A stretch of DNA of 64,000 nucleotides from Rhizodiscina lignyota (lineage: Eukaryota): NCBI GenBank assembly GCA_010015805.1, contig ML978124.1:1550001-1614000 (forward strand). The letters are read 5' to 3'. The notes beneath the pieces are model-generated. The model worked only from the letters and a program-made list of their open reading frames with translations, was not told where the DNA came from and ran no database searches. Position 1 is the first letter of the stretch. Each line of letters opens with the position of its first letter. The translations under genes were made by a program, and so were the position numbers. Below, one piece after another: positions 25,166 to 37,592 of this stretch.

Positions 25166-27132
25166 TTACTTACGATTGACGATCTTTAAAACTGCCAGCA
25201 CGATGCTGACGACTAGAACGCAGCTGCCGAATGCAACTGTTCCCCATGCCAAGCCCGTTTGCCAATCCCTCTTGGTCCTCAGTTTCAAGAAGCAGAGAGG
25301 TGGAAGGATGTATGCAAGAGCACACGCGCTGGTCGCTCCGATGAGCTCAAAAACGGCGCCTAGATCGCACGTGAGGAGTGAGAGCGTCATCGCAGAGACG
25401 ACAAGTGATGTGCTAAAGATGAGATGGCGTTGCGGGTGAAATGGTTCGTTGGGGAAGTAATAGGTCGTCATGACTTCGCGGCAGACGAACGCCTCGAGCG
25501 GGAGGGTGGTGAGCATGTTGAGGCCAAAGCAGCTGTGCATGGTGAGTCATGTAGTACACGTAGAAATCTGAGCACCGGCTTACAATCGCGCAATATTAAC
25601 CATGATCATATCAGTCGGAAAGTTGTTCAAGACATTGCCCTGAGTCTTGTCGCCAAAAGTGAGGTAGCCCGCTAACGCCATTACCATGCACGCAACCATT
25701 GAAATGCTGGTCGAGAAATGCGTGACTTTTGCAAATCGATCAAGAGTGGGCTTTTTGAGTGACCCGTAAATGAGAAGGCTGTTGTGATCTGGCGGAGATG
25801 ATGAGTAAATAGAAATTCAGATCGAGAGATCCAACATACGGCAAACAAACGCTGGTCTCAGTTAGCAGACTTGGAACGGCAGGTTTCGGCGAGCCTTGAA
25901 CATACCAAATGATATAACTCCAATTGCTTGAAAGACTCCGCTGTTAATAAAAATGGAGCCTCGAAGTCTCCCTTTCATGTCACTAGGAACGCGTGGCCCC
26001 TGCGTGAGCACTGTGATGATAATTACCAGCATGCTGATCAAGGCCAGTGTACTGGCTTTCGCAAGCTACAGCATGTCAGCGAAGGCCCGTCGCACAATGA
26101 AGTCCACATAAACTCTACCTTCGCAATGTCTCTGTACAAAGAAAGGGGATATGATACCCCAAGAATGAAGAGTACAATTATTGCCCGTCTATCGGTGAGG
26201 AGCCAAAGGAAGGGCGTGGTGGGTAAGGAAGGGAAGATCGCTATGAAGACGTGTGGAATCGTGTCGCCGACGATGATGCAAAATGCCACCATACCACCAA
26301 AAGCACTAGAAGTAGTATTATTAGCCAGGTAAATTGGGTTAGGTAGTGGGTTGAACTACAATGCCCATTGAGCGATGGAGATTGCTATCAGGCCAGGTCG
26401 ACCAAAGCAATGCTCTACTGTGGCCTGAAAGGAATTTGCGCCGCTCATCTTTGAATTGACCACGATCAGTCGTATAGTCCAGTCTACCACAACCGTGAGG
26501 GCAATGAGCAGAATAATGCCAGTCAACAGACCAGCCTGTCGCAGAGCATATGGCTGCCCTATGATTCCCGCGCCGCTTTATGCAGTTAGTATCTCGTTTC
26601 CTCGAGTATGGCACCAACATGATCCTCACATAATACTATTGGCCATATTCATGAAGGCGTTCCGCAAACCGCTCTTAGGTCTGGCACTTTCGAGAAGGTC
26701 CTCTGGTTGGAAGCCAACGTCGGCACTGGCGACAGTAACACTCGGAGCCTCAATGTCTGTCAATAGCGGGAGCCTCTGAGCATCGCTGTTGCGCCGACTG
26801 CCATCGTCATCTCCTGCATTACTCGTCATGAAATCCTCATCCTCTACCCAATTTGGATCCGCATGTCCGTTAGCTCCTCTCGTCGGAAGCACATATTCCT
26901 CCACATCGAACCTGACTCTGTTCGGCGTCCGCGGTGTGCCAGGCGGTCGGGTCTGGGCGAAGGAAGACTGGCGGCGGGGAGGGAAAGGCAATGACGACCG
27001 TGACTTCGAAGGCGGCAGAGGTGGGGAATGCTCTACGTTGTCGCTCTCCTCCGAGCCTTGTGAGAGGAGAGAGCGGGTCTCTTCATTGTCTGACCCGTCC
27101 ACGTTTGCGATACGTTCTTCGTCTTTGGCCAT
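25166..27132 (-). CDS. AVT2: AAAP/SLC38-family amino-acid transporter, vacuolar AVT2-like (multi-exon)
   Basis: Contains AFMNMANSII-GAGIIGQPYA, FCIIVGDTIPHV, YPLSLYRDIAK, SFAFVCHHNS (via a 12-nt exon), TTLPLEAFVCRE and DLGAVFELIGATSA. Confidence 0.9.
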
Positions 27133-27520
27133 GGCATTATTGCGATTTCCTCATGGCAAGGGTGATCAAGGATGCCGAAGTGGATAGCAGCTTATTGATG
27201 GCACAATGACAATGGCTGATGGGGCTCAAAGTCTTTGAGGCTGACCTGACCCGCGGGATGCTTGGCGAACGCAAACAGGGGTCATATTGCTCCGCTCCGC
27301 CCTCACTTCTAGATCTACCTTTGTATCAATCTCTCATAGCCGCAAATTTCGAACAATTGACAGTAATCTAATTCTAGCCGGACGACTGGAGATAGGAGAC
27401 CGCTAAAGATCTATCAAGTAATCTGGAATCTAGTCTTTTGAGGAGTTTCTGGAGGGCACTCAACTTTTCGAAAGCGAAACGATGATCGACCTTTTGATGT
27501 ACATCCAATGACATCCTGCT

Positions 27521-28555
27521 ATGAACGCAATCGTGTGGTCGCCGCGTTTCTCCTGCGTTACTCTTGCGAAAAGGGCGACATACTCATCGCAAACTCATGC
27601 GCTGCGTGGGAACACTATTTGCGAAACAAGCTCCCAGAGATTGACCGATATCCGGAAGCTATCTGTAAACTTTGATCAACCTTCACAATATCGGCCAAAG
27701 AGGGACCGCCAGCTGGATTCTGAGCTATTAGCTTTACAAAATCCTCAAGAGCAACAGGTAGAAGATGTGGCGTCTGTTGGCCGGGAGCCCAGGGCGGGAA
27801 CGGTCTCGAAAACAGTCGAGTACAAGACTGATCCACGCGTAAAGAAATTCCGTTTGAACCGCGGAGTTCATGCACTTCTCCCTTTCAGATATCGTGTTAC
27901 TAAGGATCCGGTCCGCTACTACCAGTCTCCCGATCGACCAGATGCGAGAGAGCAATCTCCTGGATTCTACTGGTCAATCATTCGTAAACATTACGGCAGC
28001 TCGCCCGGCAGCGATGATGTAACCGGAGCTCGACAGTGGAGTGCTCAATTCGAACAGCATGCAATCAAAGCAGAAGTCTCGTATGTCGAGCATCAGGAGA
28101 AGGATGATGAGAGTCGTGGCCATTCTGCACGATACGAAGATGATTCTAGCATGGCAATGTACATCCCACCTTCTGCTGCCTCTGAAAATCATACGACGAA
28201 CCTTGGGCTTCCGGGAAGGGCATTCACGAAAGGATGTTCTAGGCCTGACGAGAATCGTGATGGGATGGTCTCGTCTCCTGCAGAGAGCGACACTCATGTT
28301 GCGGGCGAGGGTCTACTCGACAGCCGTACCCCTATGAAAAATTGCCGAAATACTGCAGAAGTCCGTGAATCACAACTACTCATTGAGAAAATTTTTGCAA
28401 GACCTGCGGCAGGGACTCCTACGACAGACGCGCACCGGCGTTGGCAGGCTCGTCGCACATCCAATTCATTGACGAAAAGCACAAGCATCCTTGGTAACGC
28501 ATCGTCTCGACCCAGCCGGAGGCGAGCCGGCCGACAGGACAATGGTCCCTTGTGA
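27521..28555 (+). CDS. Hypothetical protein (344 aa), possibly with a mitochondrial-type basic N-terminus
   Basis: Long ORF divergent from AVT2 with no recognisable domain. The 3' structure is uncertain. Confidence 0.45.
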   Translation: MNAIVWSPRFSCVTLAKRATYSSQTHALRGNTICETSSQRLTDIRKLSVNFDQPSQYRPKRDRQLDSELLALQNPQEQQVEDVASVGREPRAGTVSKTVEYKTDPRVKKFRLNRGVHALLPFRYRVTKDPVRYYQSPDRPDAREQSPGFYWSIIRKHYGSSPGSDDVTGARQWSAQFEQHAIKAEVSYVEHQEKDDESRGHSARYEDDSSMAMYIPPSAASENHTTNLGLPGRAFTKGCSRPDENRDGMVSSPAESDTHVAGEGLLDSRTPMKNCRNTAEVRESQLLIEKIFARPAAGTPTTDAHRRWQARRTSNSLTKSTSILGNASSRPSRRRAGRQDNGPL

Positions 28556-31446
28556 AGAATTTTCAGCTCATTCTCAATAGGCCCAGACGGACAGAAAGAG
28601 AGGGTACTCCCCAATACAATGCCTCTGTCTCGTCTGTGGCATTTCCCGTGCGGCAAATGGGATCCGCCCCGGCTTCAAAGGACGGGAGCCCGCATACACG
28701 TGGCAGCCGTTCTACAGGTCGCAGAATTATGCCCAACGTCTCCGGTCCAAGACTCAATTCCGCTCTCGGACCTTGTCCTGGATGAACTGGCGTTTCAACG
28801 TCCAGTATGATACAATGCACAGCTACCGTGTTGTACGTTGTACCTTTGTACCTGGGAGATGACCCGACAATTGCCTTGCTGGAAAGTGGTCACAAACTGG
28901 GATCGTGACAGGCAGCACAACAGCGACAAGGTGCCGGAGCCTTGCCGTGTAGCACCGGCGCTGCGGATGACAGCTACACGGTTGAGGTACCGACAACAGC
29001 CTAATAACTTCGGTATTCCATTGTGCAATGCTCTTACAAGTTGTTGGGAGAGGGCATTGACAGCATTGAACCGGTAGGTCAGGATCGCCGTGGTCTGGCA
29101 GAGTTGTAAATAGGCATGGATCCGATTGAAAGGAACACAGTAAACGCTACGTTTCAGTCGCTGCCTTGGAGAAGAACGGGCAGCCTGTAAAAAGCACTTT
29201 GCAAATGTGGATAAAGGGCCAGAATTTACATAAGGAGAAAATACTGCTCAACACTTGAAAGTCGCCCCTGAGGTCAGAGGGCTCTGTGTCGTGGCACGGC
29301 CCCAGAGGTCTGTTGCGTCTGAAGGGATGGTCCTGATCACGACCGGGTAAAGGCTGTATCTTGGTTTTTTCAACCCATTGTGCCACGAAAATTGTGGAGA
29401 GTATTGAGGTACCACTGTCTCAGAGAAATTTTGTCTTACGCTGTGCTGCTTTTTGTCCCTACGTCCAACGGCTTCCTGCCCTTGCGGGTCCTCCAGGAAC
29501 CAACGCGCACAAGGACGCCGCTGAGCATCCTCTGCACAAGCGTGCTGTACGTAGCGGAGGGGACTCCTCGCTTAGGACGTCCAGTGACGATCTCAGAGGC
29601 AAGGTCTCGGTCTCGTTAAATCGCATCGGCACTAGCATCACCAACTAGGAAGCTCGAAAGCTCATCTTCAGTCTTTGGCATGGCGCTTTTGCATTCCCGA
29701 CGCCAAAGATTTCGCTTGCATGTGGCGTCGTCCGTCCAGCAGCGCCTGATTCGCTCGGTGCTCGTCCGCGCCGAATGATGGGCATGATGGGCAGCGGGTG
29801 TAGAAAAGGCGCGGGCCGAGCAAGGACAGATCTCGCGAGACTCGCACGAGCCCGTACGCGACTCATGTAGCTTCGTGGCGCCGGCGACGAGCGGCACACG
29901 AGACGAATAGAGGCCTCGATCATGGGCTGGATGAAAATTGAGTTTTGCTAGTTGTCTAGCTTCGGACCAGACCGTGAAGCGCGTGCCTTCATTTCATCTT
30001 GTCGCGAAGACACAAAATCATGATGAAATGGCGCCGTCTATGGCGACCCAGGCGGGCGTTCGCGTGCTACGCTAGGCATTGGGGTCTACCAGGAGCCGGA
30101 GCGTTTTGGGGAGTTCATTTGGAGGCGAAGGAGCTGCAGGATTGCTGCTCGAGATAAGCTGCGCCTGGGGCATTGGGAGAGCGAGCAAGAACGAGATATG
30201 ATTATGGCAACACTATTGCGTATAATCCCACTGGAAAGCGAGAGAGCCACACTGACCAATCTCTCTGATTCTGTCATCCGTATCTGCACAGATGCTCTTT
30301 GAGCTGCGCTGCCTCAGGCTAGATACGGCAGCCACATTCTCCGCACTGCTCTGGGCGCCCCCACCGGGGCAATCCACACACTCGCAGAGCTGATCGTTTG
30401 CTCCTCCGTACTCGCCCAGCTAGAACCCATGCTAATGCAGTCCCCACTTCTGCCGCACACCACAAACAGTTATGCTAGTGCAGATTCTCGAACCCTGACT
30501 TGGACCGCAGTAGGTACTACTGCATGCCGGCACGGGGCGCAATCTACAGTATCTGCTCTGCCTTTGCGGATTTGAGGCTTGCAGATGCTAGATGATGATG
30601 ATTTAAACGGTAGGTAGAAGGGATCGATGGCGTGGGCTATCGAATATCGGTTGAGCAGCCTGACAACGGGTACCCTAAATAGACGGATTCGGGAAGGGTG
30701 TCTTAGGTCCCGTCGTGGTCGATTTGGAAGGTTACATAATAGACCTCGATGGCGTGCGTGATCATCGCTGAAGAAGACGTGCGAAAGACATGCGAGATGG
30801 CTGGTTAGGTCACCAGGTTCAAGACAGACTTGGTTTAGAATATTGAAAGAACATTGTAAGAGTTGGTCCCTTTGTCATTGAGAGTAGATAAGCTATCGGT
30901 AAGGAAATCGAGTACGAGGGGGTATCCTGCTGCGCTTTCAACTTGAGAACTTTCCAAACGCCCTTTTCTCCCTTCGCAAGGTCTCTGCAGACCGCCCGCT
31001 AATGGCACAGCTATGATTCCATATCAAGTACAAGGCATAGTGAGGGAAAACATGCAGATAATGCAAATGTTCGCCCCTCTTCGGCTCTGTGAATTTGAAT
31101 GAAACGATAAGAATAACTCCCAGTCCCTAGAAGCCCCGGCGGCTCCAGGACGATGCTCGGTGCCATGAAAGGTCATTTACAAACTAGAATGCAAAAATGA
31201 ATATGCTTTTTTGATCGTCTCGACATGAAACTCAATCTTCGAAACTGCGCTCTGCTGCCGTGAACGATTAAATGGTGTACAGATCGGAAAGCGTCTCAGG
31301 ACCGGGAGAGTCCCTGCGAACATAGTATGATTCATAGTAAACGTCCGATGTTCGATGATTGAGGTCGAGTGTGACGTGACATGAGCTTCGCTTCACTCAT
31401 CGTTCGATGGAATATCGTAAGGTCATCTACCGCGAGTCATGCCCGT

Positions 31447-31992
31447 TCACGCGAGCGTCTGTCGTCTCTTCAATTCGCGAGTGTGGTCGAAGCTGTTGAC
31501 ATAATTTCGAAGCTGGTTGATGGTCTGGTCCGAGAGTCCATGTCCACTTGTACTTGTGCTGATGGAAGAAAGCGACGAGCGCGACGAAGAGGTGGTCAGA
31601 CTTCTCCGTGAACTTGAATGCGAATGACGATACCGGGTGCCCGGTGACACACTTGCACCTGAGTTCGGAGCGAAATAAGATCCATTTGCGGCCGATCGTG
31701 GACTATTGGGTAACGACATGGTACCTGCAGAACCCGCAGGTGTTCGTAAGGCTGAGAAGTTGACTGCTGGAGGCAGGTACATGCCCGAGCTCCTGTTCGG
31801 GCTGGACATTGTCCAGGTTGATCTGGTGGGTGTGTACGATTGCGAATAGAGAGCGGTGTGAGAATCTGCTGACTCGGTCGACTTATCCGAATCTAGTAAC
31901 CGGCATGCCTCAGAACAGTATGGTCCATCGGTAGGGTTGACATTGTCGCAGGATAGACAGAAATCTTGTGACCACTCCATGGCATCAGACAT
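31447..31992 (-). CDS. ECL1: Ecl1-family (extender of chronological lifespan) zinc-binding protein
   Basis: MSDAMEWSQDFCLSCDNVNPTDGPYCSEACRLLD matches the Ecl1 C-x2-C...YCS-x2-CR pattern. It is followed by LPPAVNF and C-terminal LRNYVNSFDHTRELKRR. Confidence 0.85.
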   Translation of the reverse strand: MSDAMEWSQDFCLSCDNVNPTDGPYCSEACRLLDSDKSTESADSHTALYSQSYTPTRSTWTMSSPNRSSGMYLPPAVNFSALRTPAGSAGTMSLPNSPRSAANGSYFAPNSGASVSPGTRYRHSHSSSRRSLTTSSSRSSLSSISTSTSGHGLSDQTINQLRNYVNSFDHTRELKRRQTLA

Positions 31993-34900
31993 GGTGTGGT
32001 ATGTGATAGGGGGTACGAAAGTGCAGCCTTTGCTGTGGCCTGGGATATCAGGCGTTGAGAGTGAGGCCGAGTATGAAGGGTAAAGAGCAGCAAGCGATGT
32101 CGGCGAAGGGTACGGCACAGCAGGCTGAGCAACAAGGAACGAAGTAGAATATGGCTGAGTAAATAATAATGCCAGAAGCACTGATGGATGTCTTGACTGG
32201 GTGGGTATGCTTCAATTGGCGTTTCGAGAGATGAATTGAAGTTTGAGGGAAAGCAGACTGCGGATCAGACTGGATGAGTTGTAGGCGGGCACTGGTATAT
32301 GAAAGCTGGAGTCTGTTGGGTGCAAGGTCTCTACCCAAAGCGGCGCCGTGCATGCAGAGAGCACGGGTCAAAGGGTGCACCCCGGCCCCGTGGAGGTTGC
32401 AGCGGCGTGAGCGGTTAACGAAATTCTGGCGTGCTGCGCTGGGTGGCCAAGCTCGACTGTTTTCGAGTGGAGCAGCGCTCGCCAAAATCGTGGTAAATTG
32501 GGTGTAGAGGCGAATGGCTCAAACTTCGTCTTTGCGCCTCTCGATCTGCTAGAGGGTCCCACACACTGCTCTCTCTCTTTGAACAATGTCCAGTCCGTCC
32601 TTGCCCGCATCGGAGGGTTAACGGACGACGAGATTTTGCAATTCCCGCGCCAGCCAGTCAGCCCAGTATCATCTGATGGGACGCGTTCACTGTTTTCGCT
32701 CCGAGCCTCCGTCTGAGTCTTGGAGAAGGCATTCCCCGTGACCTTTTGCAATGGAACTGTGCGCGCATAAGCAGTCAGGATACGACCCGCTCAGTGGTGA
32801 CCTTGTTGGGCAACCCGAGCGTTTCAATAGCAGGCGCCTCAGACGTCCCTATCTGTCGGTAGCCAAGGCCTGCCCCGCAACCGAAAGGCTGCACTTGCGC
32901 GGCAAGAGTTGTGCGAGGCGCATGTCAAACGTGCTTTGTGGCTGGCCTTCCGTTCGCTATCTTAGTGCCGTGATAACCTCATGCGTCACAAGACGAGGTC
33001 GTGCCATGGCTATTCGCTTCTCCAAGACCCTTTCAAGTCGTCTAGAGGCTGTTGGATTGTGGTTCCTGGAATGACGTTTTTAATGCAGTGCGCCAGAGCT
33101 GGAAATGAGTCTGCAAGGACCTCGATTGTCTTGAATACGGAGACTTCCAGCCTGATCGGCACAGCACCCCTCCATCGTCCGCCGTTATCTGTGAACATTG
33201 CCACTGGTTGTATGGCTTGGATGACATGAGCGACCTCAACAACCACGGAGTACATGACGATGAAAATTTTGCCGTTGATCCCCCTCCTCGCCGACCCGGC
33301 ACATAATCCACGGCGAGGCAGCCTATTTGGCGATCAAATCATCACCAGTCAGCCCTAAACGGTCCTTGCGCGCCCCGTGCCGCCGTATAAGGCCAGTCTG
33401 ACAGGAACAAGTCGTGAATTTGACTGCACTTGTTCGCTCCAGCAGCCAGATGAGGCATCAGTCTCATCGACCCTTGCGTGAGTCCGGATTGTCCGCTCAC
33501 TTAACGGACTGCTCTTAGGCATGTGCCTTCGGGCGTAGCTGTGTAACAACCGAATCGACAGGGAAGAAAAGTGTGAATCAGCCCGGTCAAGCAGTGGTTG
33601 GTCAGGCTATGCAAATGCAGACTTCTGCATTAACGCAGGTCGGGGTTGGCACGGCCAGTGCACTATGGCGCGCCATCGCTCAAACTTGCGCAGGACAAAC
33701 CTCAATGAGAACCTTTGGTGACGTGAAAGCAGCGTGAGATGAGCACAGCTTGATAATGGATGATGACGAGGACGACTTGAATCATGGATACTGGCAGATT
33801 GCAGGAGCAGGAAAATGAAAGATTGAAACTTGCTAGGCATCACAAAGCTGGACAGGATGGCGCAATAGTGCTTGACGCCAAATACGTTTGGTAACGCGCA
33901 AGCTAGGCTCGGGCGAATAGGCGCCCGCAAACTAGGCTCGATATCTACTAGCTGCTCTTAGCCCAGCCTCGCGAAAATTGCTCTACCCCAGGTTTCGTTC
34001 GTGGCGCGCACATGGAAGATTGTGCGATCGAAGACGCACAACAGCTGTTCGTGGCCGTGAGGCACATCGTGAGTGGCCCCTCCGACAGATAGCGCCGCTC
34101 TGACTTGGCCTGCGTGGAAGCCTGCCTTTGCCACCCTTCGACTCTTGCACTGCATCGACGATCCGATTTATTTTCCGTATATGTTTGATCGCCATCAATT
34201 AAACATGACAATGTCGACGCACACGCAAGAAAGTCTATGTGTGATCGACATGCAACGCATCTCCGAGGCTCCGGCTATCGCGCATAAACGCTGTTGGCAA
34301 GGAGCAGTGGTCAGCGTATCTGACGAGAATGCCTGTCTTGCGAAGCTGGCGACTCCCAAAACTTCGGATCTCCTCAAAGCTCAGAGAAGCGGCCTGCTTC
34401 TCAGTGCGGTTCAAACAACGGGTCTAGCCCCTCATTGGACTGGTCTGCCCAAGCGAAACGAGCTCTCTTTCGCGCTTCATGATGCAGACCCCGGGCGCTG
34501 CACTCTCCAAAATTTCAGTTGGAAACCTGAACTTGGAAGCACTCGCCTACAAATCCTTCTGGAGCTGAATCGCACGTGGGGGTCCGCGCCGGACCGATAT
34601 CCAGTCCAAGGCATCTCTCCATTCATTTCGATAGCAGGTTCGGCCATTGCTGCACATGAGCAGATAGAGACACACTCACATTCTCGTTGCGGGGTGCATT
34701 GACTTCGTGGCACACTGTGCGACCTTTCTGCTTAATTGCGAACCTGGACCACGTCAAGTCCGAATGAATGAAGCCTGAGAAGAGACCGCACGCGCAAGAC
34801 AGCACGCGGAAACGCTCCGAAAGGGTCTGCACGCATAGGAAAAACGTGCCTCGAGTATGCGTCCTACTGCAAGGCACCCAAAAGGTTCCCAGAACCTACC

Positions 34901-35535
34901 CATCAATGCCCGTACACGTGGTTCTGTTCCTGAAGAGCCTGATACGATGCCAACGTCTTGCCTTCGGAACCACGTCTTGTCAGGAGAGAATCAATCTCGA
35001 TCGAGCATTGTACAGTAGTTGCAGTCGTCGTAAGCTGACCGTTTCCCCGGCCGTATTTGAAAGCGCGCAGCTTCAGAGAATGTATTTTCGTACACCCCCA
35101 GCCTACTTCCGCTCGATTCCGTCCTAGTTTCAGACATGCCTGGATCCCGTTACTCCGCGGTACCGTTTGCACGGTGCTCTCCCCAGTTTCAATCCTATTC
35201 TGGAGAAATGTAAGCTGACCATAAGGCCCCTCGTTCGACATTGGCGGCCGCAGCGGCGCATATACTAGTAGAATGCGCGATAACGTATTTGTGGGTTTCT
35301 TGAAACAAACGGGACGTCCCGTCTTACGCGACGTATAAGGCTGTGCCGCACATCAATAATGTAAGGCACAAAGCGAAGGCATGTATCAAGCGAAGACAAA
35401 TGATTTTATTATGCTCTGTTTCATAAGACAACAGTGGGCAGAAGAGGTCGGCCCCAACATGGCGTATCCTGTCCAGACTAAGATGAGATTGATTGAGGTG
35501 GAATTGAGAGAGGTGCAAGTCCCGCGCTCTATCAA

Positions 35536-35579
35536 GATGCGTACAGGCTCAAAGTGATGCGTACAGGTTCAAGTGATGC
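35536..35579. repeat. ~20-bp imperfect tandem repeat (GATGCGTACAGGYTCAA[A]GT)x2
   Basis: Read directly from the sequence. Confidence 0.8.
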
Positions 35580-36304
35580 TCCGGCCACTGCGCAGACACG
35601 ATGGAAGAAAGGTTATCTGCCATCTGTAGAATGCTTGATTGACTGTGTTGACTTGAAAAAGAGCAGTCATCTGCAATCTCATAGATGGTTGACAGACCAA
35701 AACAGGCCCACCGGAAGAGAGGCTATCGATAATCGAAGTGATCCTTGACCGACTGCGTCCATCGAATGGAAGAAGCGCAATCTACGATCGAAGTGACGCT
35801 AGAGAGGCTCCGCCTCCGTTGCAGAAGAGTAACAGGTTAAATCAAAAGTGATAGGACAGTCACTTGGCAGACTCGATGGAAGAACTTCCTCCTTAGAGTA
35901 TGAGGCCTTCGGACGACTCCAGGAGCATGGAAGAATATAAAATGTAGAGCGGAACATGTTCGAACAATCGTGGCCAAGCAGCGAAGAAGCAATTTCTAAA
36001 GAAATAGTGCTCTGGACGTAGCATGAACTTCGGAGCACATTTTCGGCCAAAGCATGTACACATCTGTAATGAAAGGTACAGGTTATTTAATTCTGCATCA
36101 TGGCCATCGTTCTTAACGTCAGTTCCGGCTCTTCCAGGATCCTTGACATTCAAAGCATTTGTTTCTGGTCAAATAAACATTGGAGATGCGGAACGATCCG
36201 ACCGGTATGTTATACAACCCGACTGGACCAAGCAAATGAGATGTGATATGAAAATTTGAATGGCTACAAGACATCATCGATAGCATTGTTGAATCAAATA
36301 TCCA

Positions 36305-37075
36305 TCACGAGCCACTCTCGCCATTTTTCCTGAATGACACCTTTTCAACTCCCACAGTCTCCGCTCCACTGGCATCTTTCCGTAATTGGTATACATAGAG
36401 CACCAGAACATCACCTTGGACCTGAACATTATAGGTTAGCAACGCATTGAACTACGACAGCACCCTACTTACGTCCATGAGCACAAAACTTGGTGTAGGC
36501 TCCTCCGCCCCTTCACCCCATCCCATGGTCATCGCCCCAGTCGCACTACCAGGATTGACAAAGAACTTCCCTTCCATCTCATATGCCTCGAATTTGTGTG
36601 TTCCTCCCCATAGTAAGATATCTACGTCTAGCTGCCGCGCTGTAATCAATAAACTGTCCGGGTCTCCCGGAGGTATGATCGTGTGGCCATGTGTGAAGCC
36701 AATGCGAAGGGATCCATGATTTACGACTTTCGAGAGCGCAAGGTTGGGAGCGTCGACATCGAATTCGCCTTTTACTATTTGTAGGTCTGGCGCGATGCCA
36801 CGAAGGAACTCGAATGTTTCGCGGTCGGTGAGGTTGCCGAGGCAGAGGATCTGGCCAATCTTGCCAGGAGTGAGGAGCTTCTTAAACTGTGCTCGACATG
36901 AGTCTTTAATCCGTAGACAAACACTAATATTGATCTCGAATTCATACCTTTGCGGGTATGTCCTAGGCATCAATTAGCTTTAGAAATGGAATTGGAGGCG
37001 CATTCTGAATATCCATACCGAAGCTCTATCTGGTATGAACAAGTCGCCCAGGCAGAGCACTAGTCTGCTCGACAT
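36305..37075 (-). CDS. VPS29: Retromer subunit Vps29 (4 exons)
   Basis: Spliced translation reads MSSRLVLCLGDLFIPDRAS|DIPAK|FKKLLTPGKIGQILCLGN...HGH...GGTHKFEAYE...NPGSATGA...PSFVLMD|VQGDVLVLYVYQL. Confidence 0.96.
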
Positions 37076-37592
37076 GCCGTAGAATGTCGATTGTGGGCTT
37101 TGGTGAGATGCGAGCTCATGCGCGAGTTGAGATGGCGGACTTGAAGGTGTGGGGGTGGAGCGGGGCGGAATTTGGTCAACGCCACGATTCTTGGAGATGC
37201 GCGCGACTCTCGCGTGCTGCTGCTCATCACATCAAACGGTCTAGCCAGCGGATCCTTGGAACGACGGGAACCAAACTCTGAGGCGCGTCCGAAGAGCTAA
37301 GCAGAAAAATTTGCTCTTATTACACACCGCCAATATTTCAGCATCTAGTGGAAAATTGTCCGTACAGTCATCCGATCACTTATATTTGGCCATCGGAGTC
37401 ACCAAGCCCGGATCTATTGCAAATTCGTCGACTATCACTCAATTCCCTTCGCAATTGACCTCTTTCTGCAAAAACATTCCCCAGGTATTGCTGTACCTGC
37501 AGCACACGCTTTAGCCAGCTTTCCCTGACCAAACCGGCAATCTGGCCGCCCCGCGATCCTCACTACGTCTTGCTACCCGGCTTTACCCCTCG

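Noticed and set aside
29147..29923. Three in-frame minus-strand ORFs separated by TAG, TAG and TGA (possible pseudogene or A-to-I-restored gene)
   Set aside because: The translation is Arg/Ala/Pro/Ser-rich, as expected for GC-rich non-coding DNA. No family is recognisable and there is no evidence for editing in this lineage.
34073..34702. 209-aa + strand ORF upstream of ECL1
   Set aside because: It has a non-ATG start, no domain, no codon bias and no splice support.
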